This document shows positions 50,020 to 63,022 of a DNA stretch of 64,000 bases, piece after piece. The notes under the pieces are model-generated. The model was not told the DNA's origin and ran no database searches. It worked only from the letters and a program-made list of their open reading frames with translations. The position numbers were made by a program, and so were the translations under genes. Source of the DNA: Basidiobolus meristosporus CBS 931.73 (lineage: Eukaryota > Fungi > Basidiobolomycota); assembly GCA_002104905.1 (NCBI GenBank), contig MCFE01000448.1:9428-73427 (forward strand), written 5' to 3'. Position 1 is the stretch's first letter. Every line of letters begins with the position of its first letter.

Positions 50020-53000
50020 TGTTACAAGTCTTGGCATAAGAGTTGTAGTGGAATAGGGAGTTTAGTTAGTGTTATATTCACTAAAACTTAAATTGGTTTT
50101 TATTGAGGTTCCAGCAGTTCCTTATATACACTTTGCCAGATCAATTGCCGACTAATTGTAACTCCTAATGTAGGCTGTGGCCAATGACTCATCTGATTGC
50201 ATCATCATCACCCAACAAAATTCTATTTAATATATCTATTTCTGTCTGATAAGAATCTGCTGATTCATTTGCTGGCTAATGCTAGTGATTTGATAGATAA
50301 TACTGATATACTGATAAGATAAACATATAAACAAATGCTTTGACTAAGAACTAACATTAACATTCAAGCAGTAGATCATAACATACTCCCCTAACAATGT
50401 TGAGAGGGTCCTCCTGAATCTCTTTTCTTGTGATACCAATATCCTGATGGTTCAGTATTATCAGCAAGTCTTGCAAGCTTCAGTCTGTCCCTATGCACTA
50501 AGTCTTCCTGGATATTGCCTTGTTTGTCCACCAGCTGGTAAATTGCAAATGGACATTCTCTGATGATCTTGAATGGTCCTGTCCATTATGGCTTAAACTT
50601 CTTCCAAGTGTTGTTTCTCAGCAATACAAAGTTCCCAACTGTTAATGCCTCTGATGCCATAGTCTTTGCTTCATCTTTTCTGCATTTTGAGATACTTTGG
50701 TCTGTGCCTCTTGACATCTTTGTTACAGAAGCTGGTGTCTACTTGGCTCACTTAGTTCATCTTCTAAGGTGTCTGTAAGCTCTGGTTGTGTGAGATCTCC
50801 TGGAATCCTTGGTTCACATCCAAACACCAAGTAAGATGGCAATTGTTGGGTGGTGTTGTGTACTCTGACTCTGCATGCAAAGAGTGCTTGGTCTATATAC
50901 TCATCCCATCTACTGACAACTCCATTTGCATACTTGGTCAGCATTTTCCAAATAATTCATTTAACCACTCAGTAACTCCTTTAGTTCTGGGGTGATATGC
51001 CAAGGTTTTCAAGTGTTTGATCTGCTGCATTTCTATGTAAGCTTCCAATGTCTTTGCCATAAATTTGCACCACTATCAGGCAGAATCTCTACAGGGCATC
51101 CAAGCTTCATAGGGATCTCATGGTAGATGAAACTTGCAACTTCTTGCTCACTGGCTATAGGTGCAGCTTTAGCCACTGGCCTTTTGGTGGTATGGTCTAT
51201 TGCAACCAGGATTCAACAGGTGTATTTCCTGGTAGTTGGCAGTGTCCAATAAAGTCAATTACCCATCTCTCAAATGGTCTTATGGGCTCCAAGGGAAAGA
51301 GTTCAGCAATTCTCTAAGCAATTCACTCCATCTAGTCATTCTTCTAAAGAGTACCTTCTGAATAAATATACTTGAGGGAGGCATAATCAGTCTTGTCAGT
51401 GCATTTAACGTCTTCAATAAAGCATCTCCATGTCTTCAAGCAGTGTATTATAGCAAGCATCTCCTTCTCATGCACTGGATGGTTTTGTTCCGCTGAGTTC
51501 AGTTTCTTGGACTCAAAGGCAACTGGGTAGTCCTTTCCCTTGTTTTCTTGGCACAACACTTGACCAATTGCATAATCTGAAGCATCTGTGCACAAAATAA
51601 ACTCTTTTCTGAAGTCAGGTAATCTTAAGCTTAGCAGCTTAGCAAGTTCACTCTTGACCACCTGGAAGGTAGTCTCACCAGCTATGTCCCACTTGTAGGT
51701 ATTGTTCTTCTTGAGGATATCAGTTAAAGGGGCTGCAATACTTTCAAAGGACTTGACAAATCTCCAATAATAGGAAACCATTCCCAGCAATGATCTGGCT
51801 CTATTATGCTATAGGACTGCTTCAGAATCTTGATAAGCTCAACTTTCTTAGGGTCTAAAGTCACTCCTGTGCTTGTCTCTATGTGTCCCAGATATGCAAC
51901 ATGTTCCTTGAAGAACTTGTACTTGGCTAGCTTGCCATATAGCTTGTTCTCTCTTAGCTTCTTCAAGACCATTTCAATGTGCACCTTGTGATCCTTTTCT
52001 GTCTTGATGTATATCAATATGTCACCTGGGTAGATTATCACAAACTTGTCAAAGTTCTCCTGGAAGTCAGTCTGCATAAGAGCCATGAATGTTGCAGGGG
52101 CATTGGTAAGACCAAACTCATGACTAAGTACTTGTAATGTCATATCTAGACATACTCTTGAACTATCCCTTTCTGTTCAAGAGTCTTCAATATTCCTCTT
52201 AGAAGAGTCTGCTGCTGTGGGGTTCTAAAGCATCCGGAGCGTCCAACACAGACTCATCCCAGGTAGAGATTGTGAAGAATCCCATCATGTTGGCAAACAT
52301 GATCTTGTTGTGGTACCACAGTAAAGCTGCATCCACCTGGTAACAGACTTGACAATGTAACTTGCTTTCTGGAGCAATTCCCTTGACCTTGAAAGCTTCT
52401 TCAATCTGGAGGAACCAAGTTTTCAGGTTTTCATTGACTCTACCATGGTAGCAGTTGACCTTCACACTAAAGTTGATCTTGACAGGGTTTTGCTGGCTTT
52501 GGGCTACGGTAGTTGTTCCTTGTTGCTACTGACTAAGGATTTGGTGTAACAGTTGCTGCTGGGACAGGATTTGTTGCATGGCATTCTTCCATTCTTGGTT
52601 TCTGGCCATCTTGAGGGAGGCTTCTTCTTTCTTCAGGAGGGATGTTTCTGGTTATTGCTGCTACCAATGTTACAAGTGTTGGTATAAGAGTTGTAGAGGA
52701 ACAGGGAGTTTAGCTAGTATTGTACTTGCCAAACCTTGAACTGACTTTTATTGAGGTACCAGCATCTCCTTATATACATTTTACCAGATCCAATGCTTAC
52801 TAATTGTATTTCCTAATGTAGGCTGTGGATGGTGACTCATTTGATTGCATCATCATCACCCAATAAGATTCTATTTAACGTATCTATTTTTGTCTGATAA
52901 GGATTTGCTGATTCATTTACTGGCTAATGCTACTGATTTGACAGATAATACTGATATACTGATAAGCAAAACATATAACTAATTGATCTAACTAAGAACT

Positions 53001-53031
53001 AAATTAAACATTCCAGCAGTAGATCATAACA
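50020..53031 (-). mobile_element. Internally deleted Ty3/gypsy family A element with both LTRs (52668-53031, 50020-50383), TSD CATC/TATC
   Basis: Minus strand: PBS TGGTAGCAGC (tRNA-iMet type), gag VNCYHGRVNENLKTWF, RT FGLTNAPATF, RNase H LCTDASDYAIG..EKEMLAII, integrase WDEYIDQALFA, PPT AGGGGAGTA. Confidence 0.9.
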
Positions 53032-53059
53032 TATCATTAGCACCCAATAAGATTTTATT

Positions 53060-55819
53060 TAGCATATTTGCATCTGTTTGATAAAGATCTGGTCTTATTA
53101 GCACTGAAACACTGGGTACAGTTCACCAGACTTTTGTGGGCCCATGAGAATGCCAATCTTGGAGCCAAGAGAAATTTTGGGACATTTGTTGAAAACCTGA
53201 CAAGATATATATGGGTGTGCTTCCTAAGGACAAAAGATGAAGCTTTGGAGATGCTCAAGCACTTCAAGAGCTTGGTAGAACCATAAACAGCATGCAAATT
53301 AAGGATTCTTTGAAGAGACAATGGATGATAGTACCATTCTAAGGAGTTGGCAATATACTACACAACTGCCGGTATACTTTGACATGTTGCTTTCCAACAT
53401 ACTCCAAAGCAAAATGGAGTAGTACAATGTGCATATTTGGCAATCCAAGTGATGGGAAGATGTGATCCTCATAATACAGGTATAGACCGCAGGTTTTGGC
53501 TGAATTTGTGGCTATTGCAATATACATGAAGAATAGATGCCCATTAACAGCTCTGCATGAACCAACTTCCTTTTGAGCATGTACAGGTAAAAAATTAGAC
53601 CTCTAGAGCCCCTGGATCTTTAAAGTGATGTTTTCTAGCACATCCCTGACACAAAAACTTCAAGCGGCAACTACAATGTCAAGAAGGGACCTATGATTGC
53701 AATTGTCCAGATATCAAAGGGTACCAACTGTGTAGTGACAGAATTCAGAAGCGGATCAAGACCAGGAACACTGTATTTGAGGAAAATTCAGATTGCAATG
53801 CCATTAAAATCATTGACCAGCTATCCAATGATGCAATCACCACCCAATGCAGTTAAATATGGAAGAACTTCTGCTAGTTCCAGATCAGAACATGTTATCT
53901 TAGTACAGAGATATACCAGGGTTAGGGATGCTCCGGATCTTGATGGTAGACATCCAATGACCATCAAGAAGCTTATATTGCATATGTGCTAAACCTCAGA
54001 ATCTTGAGCAGGCAATGCACAATCTAGTGCTACTTTGAAGCAACAAGCTGCAAAAGAGGAGTACCATTCACTAATCAAGGCAACACATGGGAATTGGTCC
54101 ATTGGGTAAGTGCAAGAAAGCTAATAGAATGTAGATGGATCCACAAGGTCAGGCTAGCCCCATAGAGCCCCATTATATGTGTAAAGCTCAATTAGTAGCT
54201 AAAGTGTATTGTCAGGTCTTGGAACTTGACATTGGGGAAACATCTGCTTTTGTAGCCAGTTCTCAGTTAGGTCAATTTCTAGCCCTGGCAGCTTTTCACA
54301 GTCTAAATCTCCACCAAGTGGCTATGAAAACATTCTCTCTAAATAAGGACATGTACAAGTCTATATGAATGGGGCAACCAGAAGGTTTTGCTGATCCAAA
54401 AGGCCTCCATAAGGTGTGCAGATGTATTTCATCATTATATGGGCCTAAGCAAGCACTAAGAGCTTGATATAAAATGATTAACACATATCTAGAAGATATT
54501 GGGTTTCTCTACAACACTGCAGATCACAGTTAACAAGTGATATATCTCAAAAAGGGAATGATTGTCTGGGTACTCTTTGTAAACAAATCAATAATAGATA
54601 CAAGTGACCAGGAGGCAACCACACAGAGAGAATTATATCTTTTCAGCAAGTTTAAGATGGAAGATCATGTAAATCTCAGGTATTTGATTAGCATTGATAT
54701 GATTTTGACATACCACATAGAACATTGTGCTGAATCATGCCAAGCACAACAGGGACATTTTTAGTTGCTGCACAATGGTGAATTGCAAGTCTGAGGCAAC
54801 CCCCATACACAATAACCTTTACTTGAGCAAACCTTGGCCACTATTAGGTAGAAAAGCTCAAATATGGACCAAAACTCTCCCAATCAATTAATGGTTGTGA
54901 GCCTGATCTACTTGCTGGCATTTACATGATCAGATGTTGCAGTAACAGAAAGAATTGTCACTCAATTTATGCAGAATTGTGGATCCACCAAATTACAGCT
55001 GTGGAGTAAGTTTTCAGATATCTAAAAGGTACCATAAGTATGTAATCAGAATACTCTGGCATTGCTAGCAGATATATGTATGATGGTTGAAGTAACGCAG
55101 ATTGAGGTAGGGATTTTATGGACAGACACTTCACCATTAGGTATAAGCCTATATATGCTATTGAAGCTAATCCCTGAAATTGCAAGAAGCAACCAACTGT
55201 GGCCTCTGTATAGTTGTGGCAGAATACCTGTCTGCTTGCCAGTAACTCAGGAGGCTATATGGCTACAAAAGAACTCAGAGAACTAGGCTTCAACTCAGCT
55301 CAACCAACATGTATTTATGAGAGTAAAAAAAATTTTGTTCCATCACCTAGGAACTCTACTGATCATGACACAACTAAGCATATTTCTACAAAACAGCACT
55401 CTGTGAGAGAAGCTGTAGAAAATAACTTAGTAGAGTTATTTTACTGTTAATTGAAAAATGATGGCAGATAGATTGACATAACCACTGGCAGTGCTACAAG
55501 TCAAGAATCTGAGTTAGCATTGTCACTGTGGGACTAATTTACAGCCCTTACTGTGCCACTTTCTTATAAACTCATGAGTGTATGATTATTCCCCTATGGT
55601 AAAGATGAAATTAGCACCATTGCCAGGCTTTATATGCTAATACTGAAATTGACACTGAATGCTCCTGAATGTTGAGAAGCCTTCTGTACTTATTGTTAAA
55701 GTTTTGTTACTTCCACAAAGGTATAAGCTCAGACATTCTTTAAGAGTAAGCAACAGTTTAACTATTATCATTATTGCCTCATAAGTTCTTTATATACAAA
55801 ACACCTCTGAAATACAACA
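53060..55819 (+). mobile_element. Heavily decayed copia-E-like element (integrase, RT, RNase H, partial 3' LTR ~55520-55819)
   Basis: TRYIWVCFLRTKDEALEMLKHFK, LHQVAMKTFSL, TKHISTKQHSVREAVENNLVELFYC. The LTR aligns with 61450-61744. Confidence 0.75.
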
Positions 55820-55959
55820 CTATGTGTTAAATTATGGCAGCAATTTTACATGTATAAAGGTGAGCATGAAGATCTCTGTTGCAGCTATATCTATTTGGTT
55901 CTCTGTCTTGCTTGGTGAGTGGGGAATATTGGATCTTGCTTTATTTTTTGTGAGCCCAC

Positions 55960-57820
55960 AATCAAACTGACATGCTGGGAGATCAAAAGACAAGTTGAGT
56001 GCCCTTGGAGCCTGTCAGACCATTTGAAAGATGGGAATTGATTTTATTGGAAGACTGCCAACCACCAGGTAATGCAACTGTTGGATCCTAGTAGCAATTT
56101 AACATGCCAACAAATGGCCAGTGGCTAAAGCAGGGCCTATAGCCAGTGAACAAGATGTTGCAAGCTTTATGTAACATGTTATCATTATGAAGTTTGGATG
56201 CCCTGCAGCAATCTTATCTGATGGAGGAGCAAGCTATATGGCCAAGACATTGGAAGCTTACCTAGAAAGCCAGAAGATCATGTTGCAATTTAAGAAGTGA
56301 TATGGATTTAAGGGACTTATCAAGATATAATGATAATAGTTGAACTGCTGTTTATTCATAAAGAGCATCAGTCTTTATACCTTTGTAGAAGTAATACAGT
56401 GGTAATACTAAGTAAGGAGGGTTTCTTAACATTCAGGTGAATTCTGTAATAGTTTTAAGGCTAGTACATAATGTTTGATAAAAAGTGTGATTTTGCTCTT
56501 GACTATAGGGGAATAATCATTGGATCATATATCTGAAGAAACTAGCAAAGTTGGGGCTGCAAGTTAGACCTATAGTGACCAAGACTAGTCTAGAATTGTT
56601 AAGTAAGTTCTCAGCTACTGGACAATACCAAATAGTCCAATATTTCCACAGATCATTCACTTGAAAACCTCAGCTTATCACCCTAGAACTAATGGTGTCA
56701 CTGAGCAGTTTAATGGATTATTTGGAAAATGCTGACCAAGTATTCAAATCAAGCTGTCAATAGATAGGATGAGTATATAGACCAAGCACTTTTTGCATGC
56801 AGAGTTAGAGTGCACAATACCACCCAACAATTGCTATTTTACCCAGTGTATGGATATGAACTAAGGATTCCAGGTAATCTCACACATCCAAAGCTTGCAG
56901 ATGCCCTGGAAGATGTGCTCAGTCAGCCAAGTAGACACCAGCAGATGAAGCAAAGATGTCAAGAGGCACAGGCCAGAGTATCTCAAAGTGCAGAAGAGAC
57001 AGAGATTTGATAGGACTATATAACCAAAAGCATTGACAGTTGAGAGCTTTGTATTGTTGAGAGACAAGACTTGGAAGAAGTGTGAGCTATAATGGACAGA
57101 GCCATTCAAGATCATCAGAGAAGGTCCATTTGCAACTTACAAACTAGTGCACAAACAAGGGAATATCCAGGAAGATCTAGTTCACAGAGACAGACTCAAG
57201 CCTGTAGGCTTGCCAACAACACTGAACCATCAAGATATTGGTATCACAAAGAAGGCAATTCTGGAGAACCATCTCATCATTAGTAGGGGAGAATGTTATT
57301 ATATCCCGCTTGAATGTTTAAGTTAGATTATATTTTGGTTAAATCAATTAGGCATATATTTAGCCTATCAGTTTATCAGTGTTATCTATGAAATTAATAG
57401 CATTAGTCAGCATATGAATCAGCAGATCCCTATCAGACAGAAATAGATATATTAAGTAGGATCTTAATGGGTGATGATGATGCAATCAAATGAGTCATCA
57501 GTGACAACCTACACTAGGAATTGCAATTAGTCAGCAGTTGATCTGGTAAAATGCATATAAGGAGCTGCTGGAACCTCAATAAATATCAGTCCAACTATTA
57601 GCAGACTGTAATGTATTTAAGGATATACAAACAGTGATTATGCAATCAATTGAGTCATTATTCACAATCTGCATTAGGAAATATGTTTACTCAGCACTTG
57701 TTCTTGATAATTGTATATAAGGGGCTACTGGAACCTTAAATGTAACTAGCTCAAGGTTCAGAGAATTCAGTACTGGTTAAACTCCCTATTCCCCTACATC
57801 ACTTAAGCCAAGACTTGTAA
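55960..57820 (+). mobile_element. Gypsy-A integrase remnant, PPT and composite LTR (57294-57820, 3' half duplicated)
   Basis: WDEYIDQALFACRVRVHNTT, a GPF motif, tagtaggggagaa then TGTTATT. The LTR ends CTTGTAACA and is followed by a further gag/integrase remnant (57830-58410). Confidence 0.75.
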
Positions 57821-58413
57821 CAGTGAGTGCAACAATAACCGGAAACATCCCTCCCAATCAGAGAAGTAACCTCACTTAAGATGTTGGAAAGTCAAGAATG
57901 GAAGAATGCAGTGTACCTAATGCTGCCTCAAAAGCAACAGTTACTCCAGATGCTCAGCCAGCAGTAACAAGCAATGACTACTAATACCCAAAGCCAGCAA
58001 AGCCTTATCAAGAGCAACTTTAGTGTGAAGGTAAGCTTGTACCATGGTAGAGCAAATGATATCTTACATCAACTAAGAGCCACCACAGAGAATGGCAGAG
58101 CTCTTTCCCTCAAAGCCTGTAAAACTACTTGAGAGATGGGAATTTGACTTTATTGGAAGACTGCCCACTACTAGGAAATGCATTTGGGTGGATCCTAGTA
58201 GCAATTAGACATGCCACTAAGTGGCCAGTGGCTAAAGCATTATCAGTAGCCAGCAAGCAAATAGTAGCAAGTTCTATTTACTATAAGATTCTGATGAAGT
58301 TTGGATGTCTGGTGGAAATCTTATCTGAAAGAGGTACAAACCTTGCAGCAACAATATTGAAAGCTGACCTGGAAATGCAGCAGATCTAACACTTGAAACT
58401 TTGGCTTATCACC

Positions 58414-61175
58414 TGTTATGATCAATCACTTTACTGTTTGATTCAGATCAGTTTTTAGTCAAATAAATTGGTATTAGGTTTAGCCTATCAGCATGTCAGT
58501 TTTATCTAGCAAATCTGTAGTATTTGCCAGCAGATGCATCAGCTGGTCCTGATCAAACAGAAATCAATATATCAAGTAAGATCTAATTGGATGATAATGA
58601 TGAAATTCAGTGATTTATCAGTCATAATCTACATTAGGAAATACAATCAGACAGAATTTGATCTGGCAAAATGTATATAAGGAGCTGCTGGAACCTCAAC
58701 AATAATCATTTCAAGTTTTAGTGAATACAATACTATCTAAACTCCTTTTTCCTCTACAACTCTGATATCAAATCTCATAAAAGTGGCAGCAGCAATAACC
58801 AGAAACTTCCTACTGAATAAAGAAGCAGCCATCCTCAAGATGTCAGAGAATCAAGAATGGAAGAATGCTATATAGCATATTCTGGCTTAACAGCAACAGT
58901 TACTTCAGATCCTTAGCCAGCTGCAACAAGGAATGACTACCATGACCCAGAGCCAGCAAAACCCTGTCAAGAGCAACTTTGGTGTGAAGATCAACTGGTG
59001 CCATGATAGGGTCAAAGAAAACCTGGGAGCTTGGCACTTGCAGAGTGAGAGAGCTTTTAAGAATAAGGGAATTGCTCCAGTAAGCAATTTGCAGTGTGCA
59101 GCCACTTACCTGGCAGATGCAGCTTTGCAGTGGTACCACAATAAGATCAGGTCAGCCACCATGATGGGTTGCTCTACAATCTCTACCTGGGATGAGTTTG
59201 TGTCTCAAACTCAGGATGCTTTGGAACCCCACAGCAGCAGACATTTCTTAGAGGAATATTGATAACTCTCAAACAGAAAGGAATGGTTCAAGAGTATGTC
59301 TATAAATATTTATGCCAACTTAGGCAAATTGAAAGAATGGACCCCCTGGATCAAGTTAAGTATTTTATTGATGAGCTGAAAGAAAGAACTTTCAAGAAAG
59401 TGTATTATTGAAGACCTTAAACTATTGATGAAGCCATCAAAATTGCCATTGGCTATGACTCAGCCATGTTTGGAGATGGGAAGCCCACAATGACTAATTG
59501 GAGAGGCTATAATCACTGAAAGAAGGGAGCCAGAAGCAGTGGTAATGGAAATAGATGCTATGCAGAAGAGTCCTGCCTCAGAAGAATGGAAGAAGAAAGG
59601 CTTTACTCTAATTGCCACTAGCAGAGATCTGCTCCAAAGTACTACCCTTGGAAAAGAAATGGGCACAAGTCAATAAGAGCCTTCAGCCATATTTAAATTG
59701 TTGAGCATAGTAATACAGAGGATGAACTTGAAGAAGATACAGAACTCCCCTTCCATATGTCAGAAGAATGCCTATCTCAAATGACTGCAAACTCAGAAAG
59801 GCTATTATTCTTGAGTGGAGTAATCAATGGAGTGCCTGCCAGGATTACAATTGGCTCAGGTGCATCACATGAGTATATGCCAGAGCAATTTACCTTGAAA
59901 GCTGGAATCCACTTGGAACTCACCAAATTAACTTCAGTTGCAATGATTAATGGGAACTCTCACATAATCAGCCATATTACTCTGCAAGTGATATGAAGAT
60001 AAATGACTATGAAGACCTTCAGGTTTATATATTTCAGAGCTGCAACCTTGACCTTATATATTGAAAAGCCTGGCTGCTGTTTTGTAATCCATTAATCAAC
60101 TGGAGAACCCATGCTACTCAAATCCTGAAGGATAACATGACCTATGAGCTGGATTTCTATTTGGTCATTATCAGTGTGTGTGAAACAGGTAAACTTGATA
60201 AGCACAGTTCTGTAGAGCACTCAGAAAAGGTACCCAGATGTTTCTCATGACAGTATTACAGGAGGATTCCTCTACTCCAGCACCTCAGAAGGTCCATACT
60301 CTATGGAAGGAGTATTCATATGTGTTTCCAGATGAACTTATAAGCCAAACTCAGGTCAGAGACATGGATCATGCCATTGAAACAGGAGATAGCCCTGCTG
60401 TGAGTAAGTCACCTGACAGAATGAGTCCATTGGAGTTGGAAGGTATGAAGAGACATATAGATCAGTTATTGGAGCAAGAATATATTACACCCAGCAAGTC
60501 ACCTTGGGGAGCACCAGTACTTTTTGTGAAGAAGAAGGATGGAACACTTGGGATGTGCATTGACTACAGAGCCTTCAACTCATTTACTGTGAAGAATAAA
60601 TATCCAATACCTTGAATTGATGAACTTTTGGACAAACTCAAGCAAGCCACTATATTCAGCAAGATTGACCTCATAGCACTCAGAAGAAGTTTGCGCCACA
60701 ACAGACAGGACTTTTTAAGATCATCAGAGAATGTCCATTTGCAACTTATCAACCAGTGGACAAACAAGATAAATTGTGCAAAGTTTTAGCTCATTGAGAC
60801 AGACTCTAGCTTGCAGGATTTGTTGCAAATACTAAGCCATCAAGATATTGGTGACACAAGAAAAGCATTTCAAGAAAACCTTCACAACTCTAGTAGGGAA
60901 AATGTTGTGATCTACCACTTAAATGTATAAGTTGGATCATATCATTAGTGTTAGGTTTAGCCCATCAGTATAGATATGAATGGGTGATGATGATGTAATC
61001 AAATGAGTAATCAGTCACAACCTACATCAGGAAACACAATTAGTCAGTAATTGATCTGGCAAAATGTAAATAAGGAGCTGCTGGAATCTCAATAAAAATT
61101 GATTCAAGTTTTAGTGAATGCAATACTAGCTAAACTCTCTACCCCACTACAACTCTTATATCAATAAGTGTAATA
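58414..61175 (+). mobile_element. Internally deleted gypsy-A element with two decayed LTRs (58414-58782, 60903-61175)
   Basis: Gag 58933-59262, protease ITIGSGAS, RT N-terminus [29 protein letters not shown], then a jump to the integrase C-terminus and PPT. No TSD recognisable. Confidence 0.8.
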
Positions 61176-61780
61176 TGGTATGGAACATATGATTACACTA
61201 AATGTCTTAATAAATTATTTGGAAAAGTGCTGGCCAAGTATGCAATTGGAGCTTGTAGTAGATGGAATGAGTATGTTGACCAACCAATGTTTACTGCGGA
61301 GATAGAATGTATAGCCCAACCCAACAAATACCATCTGCCTTGGTGTTTGGATGTGAATAATGAATTCCAGGAAATTGTTGAAATATTGGACTATTTGGTA
61401 TCATTCAGCAGCTAAAAATTTACTTAACAATTCTAGGCTAGTCTTAGTCACTGTAGAACTCATTTACTGCCTTAACTTTGCCACTTTCTCCAGATATTTG
61501 ATCTTATGATTATTCCCCTATAGTCAGGATCAAATTAGCACTATTACCAAACATTATGTACTAACCCTGAAACTGATACAGAATGCTCCTGAATATTGAG
61601 AAACCCTCCCTACTTAGTGTTGCAGCTGTATTACTTCTACAAAGGTATAAATACTGAGCTTCTTTATGAATAAACAACAGTTCAACTATTATCACTATTT
61701 CTTGATAAGTTCCTTATATTCAAATCACTTCTTAAATTGCAACAGGTTAAGAGCCCTGATTGCCTTAATCTATTCTAAAG

Positions 61781-63022
61781 ATGACTTCTACCAGCAAACA
61801 AAGCAATACCAACATCTTCCCTGTAAAGGAGAGGTTTGATGGGAAGAACTACAGACTTTGGAGAATCAAGATGCAGATCCACCTTGAGGAAAGAAAGCTT
61901 TGGAACATAGTAACAGGAAAGGAAGTTGAGCCCAAAGGAACAGCAGAAGATGTGGAGAAGTTTCAAGAGAAGGAGAGAAAGGCCTTCAATGCACTATGCA
62001 TCAATGTGCAAGACTCCTTCATTGGACAAATCCATGCCTCAAATACTGCCAAAGCAGCATGGAAATCCTTAGAGAAGATCTTTAGAGCAAAGTCAGTATC
62101 AAGCAAGCTTTATTTGAAACAAAAGTTCTTCAACATGAGAAAAAAGCCAGATGATGACATGCTACAACTCATTACCAGAATGGAGACACTTGCAGAAGAA
62201 CTTTACAGCATTAATGCTGGTGTAGATGATGAAGAAAAGATACTCTGTCTGCTTTGCAGCCTACCAGACGAGTATGAGCCACTCATACTTTCTTTTGAAA
62301 GCAGAGAAGACAACTTGACTTTAGACTATGTTAAAGGAAGACTTCTCCATGAAGAACTCAGACATAATGATCAAGCAGAGAAAATTGAAGATAATGCTTT
62401 ATTCAGTTCAGAAAGGCATACAGAAAAGAAGGGAAAGCAACAAAACCGAAGAAAACCTGGCTGCTGTAACTACTGTAGGAAGCCAGGACACTGGGCAAGA
62501 GAATGCAAGAAGAAACAAGCAGACAAAAAACAGAAACTAGAGCAGGCAAACCATATAACTACTGATGAACAGCTATTTGTCACTGTACAAGAGAGTGCAA
62601 GTAACCAAAGTAATGAATGGTATATTGACTCTGGAGCATCACAGCATATTTGTGGTATAAAGGATTGGTTCAGCAACTTAAAGACTATTCCCGTAAGAAA
62701 GGTTTATCTGGGAGATAACTCTGCATTGGAAGCTACCGCCAGTGGGTCTATACAACTAAATATGAGTGATAACTCAGGGGCAACAACAGCAAAACTGACT
62801 GACGTACTCTATGTACCTGGAATAGCTAAGAACCTGCTCTCAGTCAGTAAAGCAACTACTCAGGGACTGAAATTTGTTTTTACTAAGCTAAGCTGCTCAA
62901 TATTGAGTGAAAATGGACAAAAATTAGCTTTGGGAATCAGAGATCACAATATATACAAGTTACAATGCAAGATCATTTTACCTGAGTATGTCAACATTGC
63001 TGAAACTGATGAAACCAACTAG
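61781..63022 (+). CDS. gag: Copia-E Gag-protease ORF (413 aa), ending in a single in-frame TAG
   Basis: RFDGKNYRLWRIKM, CNYCRKPGHWARECK knuckle, WYIDSGASQH protease. Confidence 0.85.
   Translation: MTSTSKQSNTNIFPVKERFDGKNYRLWRIKMQIHLEERKLWNIVTGKEVEPKGTAEDVEKFQEKERKAFNALCINVQDSFIGQIHASNTAKAAWKSLEKIFRAKSVSSKLYLKQKFFNMRKKPDDDMLQLITRMETLAEELYSINAGVDDEEKILCLLCSLPDEYEPLILSFESREDNLTLDYVKGRLLHEELRHNDQAEKIEDNALFSSERHTEKKGKQQNRRKPGCCNYCRKPGHWARECKKKQADKKQKLEQANHITTDEQLFVTVQESASNQSNEWYIDSGASQHICGIKDWFSNLKTIPVRKVYLGDNSALEATASGSIQLNMSDNSGATTAKLTDVLYVPGIAKNLLSVSKATTQGLKFVFTKLSCSILSENGQKLALGIRDHNIYKLQCKIILPEYVNIAETDETN

Noticed and set aside
57092-57293. Chromodomain at the end of the gypsy-A integrase
   Set aside because: After the GPF motif only a short tail precedes the PPT, with no chromodomain residues visible.
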